From Octopus sinensis (Eukaryota), in assembly GCF_006345805.1 (NCBI RefSeq), contig NW_021833863.1:1-53928 (forward strand): DNA of 53,928 nt, written 5' to 3'. A model generated the notes under the pieces. It was given only the letters and a program-made list of their open reading frames with translations, was not told the origin of the DNA and ran no database searches. Of this stretch, positions 50,882 to 53,928 are shown piece after piece (position 1 is the first letter of the stretch; each line of letters opens with the position of its first letter). Position numbers and translations under genes: made by a program.

Positions 50882-51469
50882 ACTCTTTTACTCATTTACT
50901 TGTTTCAGTCATTTGACTGTGGCCATGCTGGAGCACCGCCTTTAGTCGAAGAAATCGACCACAGGACTTATTCTTTGTAAGCCTAGTACTTATCCTATCG
51001 GTCACTTTTACCGAACCGCTAAGTTATGAGGACGAAAAACACATCAGCATCGGTTGTCAAGAGGTGTTGGGGGACAAACTCAGACACACAAACATATACA
51101 CACATATCTATATATATGTATATATATATAAATATATATATATATGTATATATATATATGAATAAATAAATGGAGTTTAACGCAGGTATAAATCAAATAT
51201 TTTTACTTTCGACACATGTTTCGAAAATTCCAATGATACTATTCAAAAGAATAAATGGTATAAACAATGCACTCTTCTCTTCAGGAAAGTGAAAAAAACC
51301 AAACTCGTCAATAAGACATTTTAGCAAAAAATGATGGATTTGTATAGCGATTATATATACGATGGTCTTTCAGTTTCCGTCTACCAAATCCACTCACAAG
51401 GCTTTAATCTGAACCCAAAACCATATGGTTGGTAAGCAAGCTACTTACCACACAGCCACTCCTGCGTCT
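50882..51469 (-). mobile_element. SINE-B split by a ~190-bp hammerhead-bearing insert (~51160-51352)
   Basis: SINE halves on either side; the insert lies in the internal TA tract. Confidence 0.88.
51205..51290 (-). ncRNA. Canonical minimal type I hammerhead ribozyme
   Basis: Stem I ACUUUC/GAAAGU; CUGAAGA; stem II GAAGA/UUUUC around a structured ~45-nt insert; GAAA; stem III ACAUGUGU; triplet GUC. Confidence 0.8.
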
Positions 51470-52151
51470 ATGTATGTTTATTATAATGCAGTGTTCAGCC
51501 ACAGCCGCATCACAGTTATTGAAACAACAAGTAAGAAAAAATACAATAAGAGAACTACCTCTTTAAATTTAACAGTGTATAGAGGTATATGACAAAGTAT
51601 CTCATCTTTGAGGCAAGCGACTTCTCCATTGCCGTTGCAACACACACAACCAATGCAGAGATAATTGTAAACAACCATCATTTTTATTGTCTTGTCCCAT
51701 TTTTTCCCCTCAGTGATCATAAATTCAATTTCCATAGAAAGAGATCCGCTAGAGGAGTGCTTTTTTTATGCTATAAAGCGGCTAATCGATTTTGAGAACA
51801 CCAGGGAAGTTGAAATTTTTTTGCTTTGATATCTACAAAATATTTGATCATGTGCGTTGCAAGATTATCCTCGTACATCTGTGTACCTACAAGCAACACA
51901 AACCACACATTTCTTTGGCTTAGAAGTTTATTGGCAGAAGTCTTCATCACAGCGTGCGACTAACGCACTTTCCCTAGAAACACATTGTATCTGCTCAAGA
52001 TTTCGGTTATCTGTTTGACACGCTTCTGTCTGTACAGCATTAAAACCTCCTTCAGTTAATCTCAACCATACAGACAACAACAACAACAACAACAACATCA
52101 TCATCATCATCAACAACAACAACAACAACAACAACGTTGATATTCTTCTAT

Positions 52152-52554
52152 TCTTTTACTATTTTACTTGTTTCACTCATTTGACTGTGGCCATGCTGGA
52201 GCACCGCCTTTAGTCGAGCAAATCGACCCCAGACTTATTCTTTGTAAGCCTAGTACTTATTCTATCGGTCTCTTTTGCCGAGCCGCTAAGTTACGGGGAC
52301 GTAAACATACCAGCATCGGCTGTCAAGCGATGGGGGGGATAAACACAGACACACAAACATATACACACACATACATATATATACATTATACGACGGGCTT
52401 CTTTCAGTTTCCGTCTACCAAAACCAGTCGCAAAGCTTTGGTTGGCCCAAGGCTAGAGTAGAAGACACATGCCCAAGGTGCCACGCAGTGGGACTGAACC
52501 TGGAACCATGTGGTTGGTAAGCATGCTACTTACCATACAGCCACTCCTACACCT
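52152..52554 (-). mobile_element. SINE-B
   Basis: Near-consensus full copy. Confidence 0.92.
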
Positions 52555-52659
52555 AATGGTAGTTTATAGATATAAGCAGTCATGCAGATGTACTCTATAT
52601 CTGAATATCCAAAGAATACAGATTAGAGTACCATATTATTATATTATAATTAACTTATA

Positions 52660-52835
52660 TGTGTGGTAAGAAACTTGCTTCTCGACCACATGGTTCAGGG
52701 TTTAATCCCAATGCGTGGAATCTTGGGTCGCCCAAAGACTTGCGAGTGGATTTGGTAGTCGGAAACTGAAAGAAATCCGTCGTGTGAGTGTGTGTGTGTG
52801 CATGTGTGTGTATGTGTATGTATTATATATTATAT

Positions 52836-52886
<51 letters not shown>

Positions 52887-53127
52887 GTGTGTGTGTGTCT
52901 ATATACATCTATGTGTATCTTTGTGTCCGTTTTTGTCCCCCACAACCGCTTGACAATCGGTGTTGGTGTGTTTGCGTCCCCGTTACTTAGCGATTCGACT
53001 TAAGAAAACGATACAATAAATACTAGTTTTTTTAAAATAAGTCCTGGGGTCAGTTTGTTCAACTAACCCCGCCCCTCAAGCTGGTGCTCCAGCATGGCCG
53101 CAGTCAAATGACTGAAACAAGTAAAAA
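52660..53127 (+). mobile_element. SINE-B, head-to-head with the previous copy
   Basis: Modular sequence, slightly 5'-trimmed. Confidence 0.88.
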
Positions 53128-53425
53128 TAGGTTACAAGATATTTTCAATTTTCAATAAGATCGCCAAATCTTTCATCAATCCCTTAAAAAAAAGTCGGAG
53201 GTGGGGGGCAAGGTGCATTGGTACACTGAAGCTTAAAAGGAACACAGTCGGGAAATCTTTGAACCTAAGTTTGTTCGATCATGCCTGACTCGTGTTTGAA
53301 CAAAAACAACGACAACAATTTAAAACATAAAATACTGAACGCTTCACTTTGTACTCAATGTTTATTAACTGAAAAACTCGAGAAGTAGACGGCCAGTTCA
53401 CCTGTCGTGTTCTCGGGAAATGTCC

Positions 53426-53429
<4 letters not shown>

Positions 53430-53475
<46 letters not shown>

Positions 53476-53928
53476 ATATATATATATATCTATATATATA
53501 TATGTGCCACAGTGTTAAACAGCATCTTTATGGTTTAGTCCCACTTGTGTTGCTCAGTGAAATGGAAGACTGACTGAAGTTACCGCTTACACCATTTAGA
53601 ACCCTTAATTATATTTACAATTTATATCATTGATCTTTCGATAATAGTTGTACATGCACATACGTACGATTTTATAAACATCTCTATGTATATATGTGTG
53701 TGTGTGTGTGTATGTGTATATATATATAGATATACACGCTATATGTATATGTGTGTGTGTATATCTATGTATATTCATATCTATCTACATTTATATATAT
53801 ATATATGTATATATACATATATATACACACGAATATATATGCATATATATGTAGTGTATGTCTCTACATGTGTGTGAGTGTGCGCGTGTATATCTGCACA
53901 TATACATACGCACATACATATATATACA
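53430..53928. repeat. (TA)n/(TG)n low-complexity region with a unique spacer
   Basis: Direct reading. Confidence 0.8.

Overview
AT-rich, microsatellite-saturated, non-genic animal DNA. Octopus is the likely source; this is inferred from the SINE families and repeat landscape, not from a database search. I recognise no host protein-coding exon, rRNA, intact tRNA or CRISPR array. Nearly all listed ORFs are translations of microsatellites or SINEs. The window holds three tRNA-derived SINE families (my labels A, B, C; about 30 copies or fragments). It also holds decayed non-LTR retroelement fragments (Penelope-like, Tx1/L1, CR1, RTE, HERO-like), two internally deleted mariners, Tc1- and Harbinger-type MITEs and a non-autonomous Helitron. 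The most striking unexplained structure is a set of seven minimal type I hammerhead-ribozyme motifs from about six unrelated sequence contexts. Three look intact, two carry a shared A6U core variant and two are partly decayed. Each has its own stem I and a palindromic stem III that needs or favours a dimer, and most sit in short elements in or beside (TA)n/(TAA)n tracts. Secondly, the terminal 42 nt of one SINE-A subfamily, which occurs as multimers, matches the 3' end of a Tx1 LINE inserted in (TCTA)n. All folds, alignments and identities were done by eye. Boundaries of decayed elements are approximate (about 10-20 bp), and ribozyme activity is untested.
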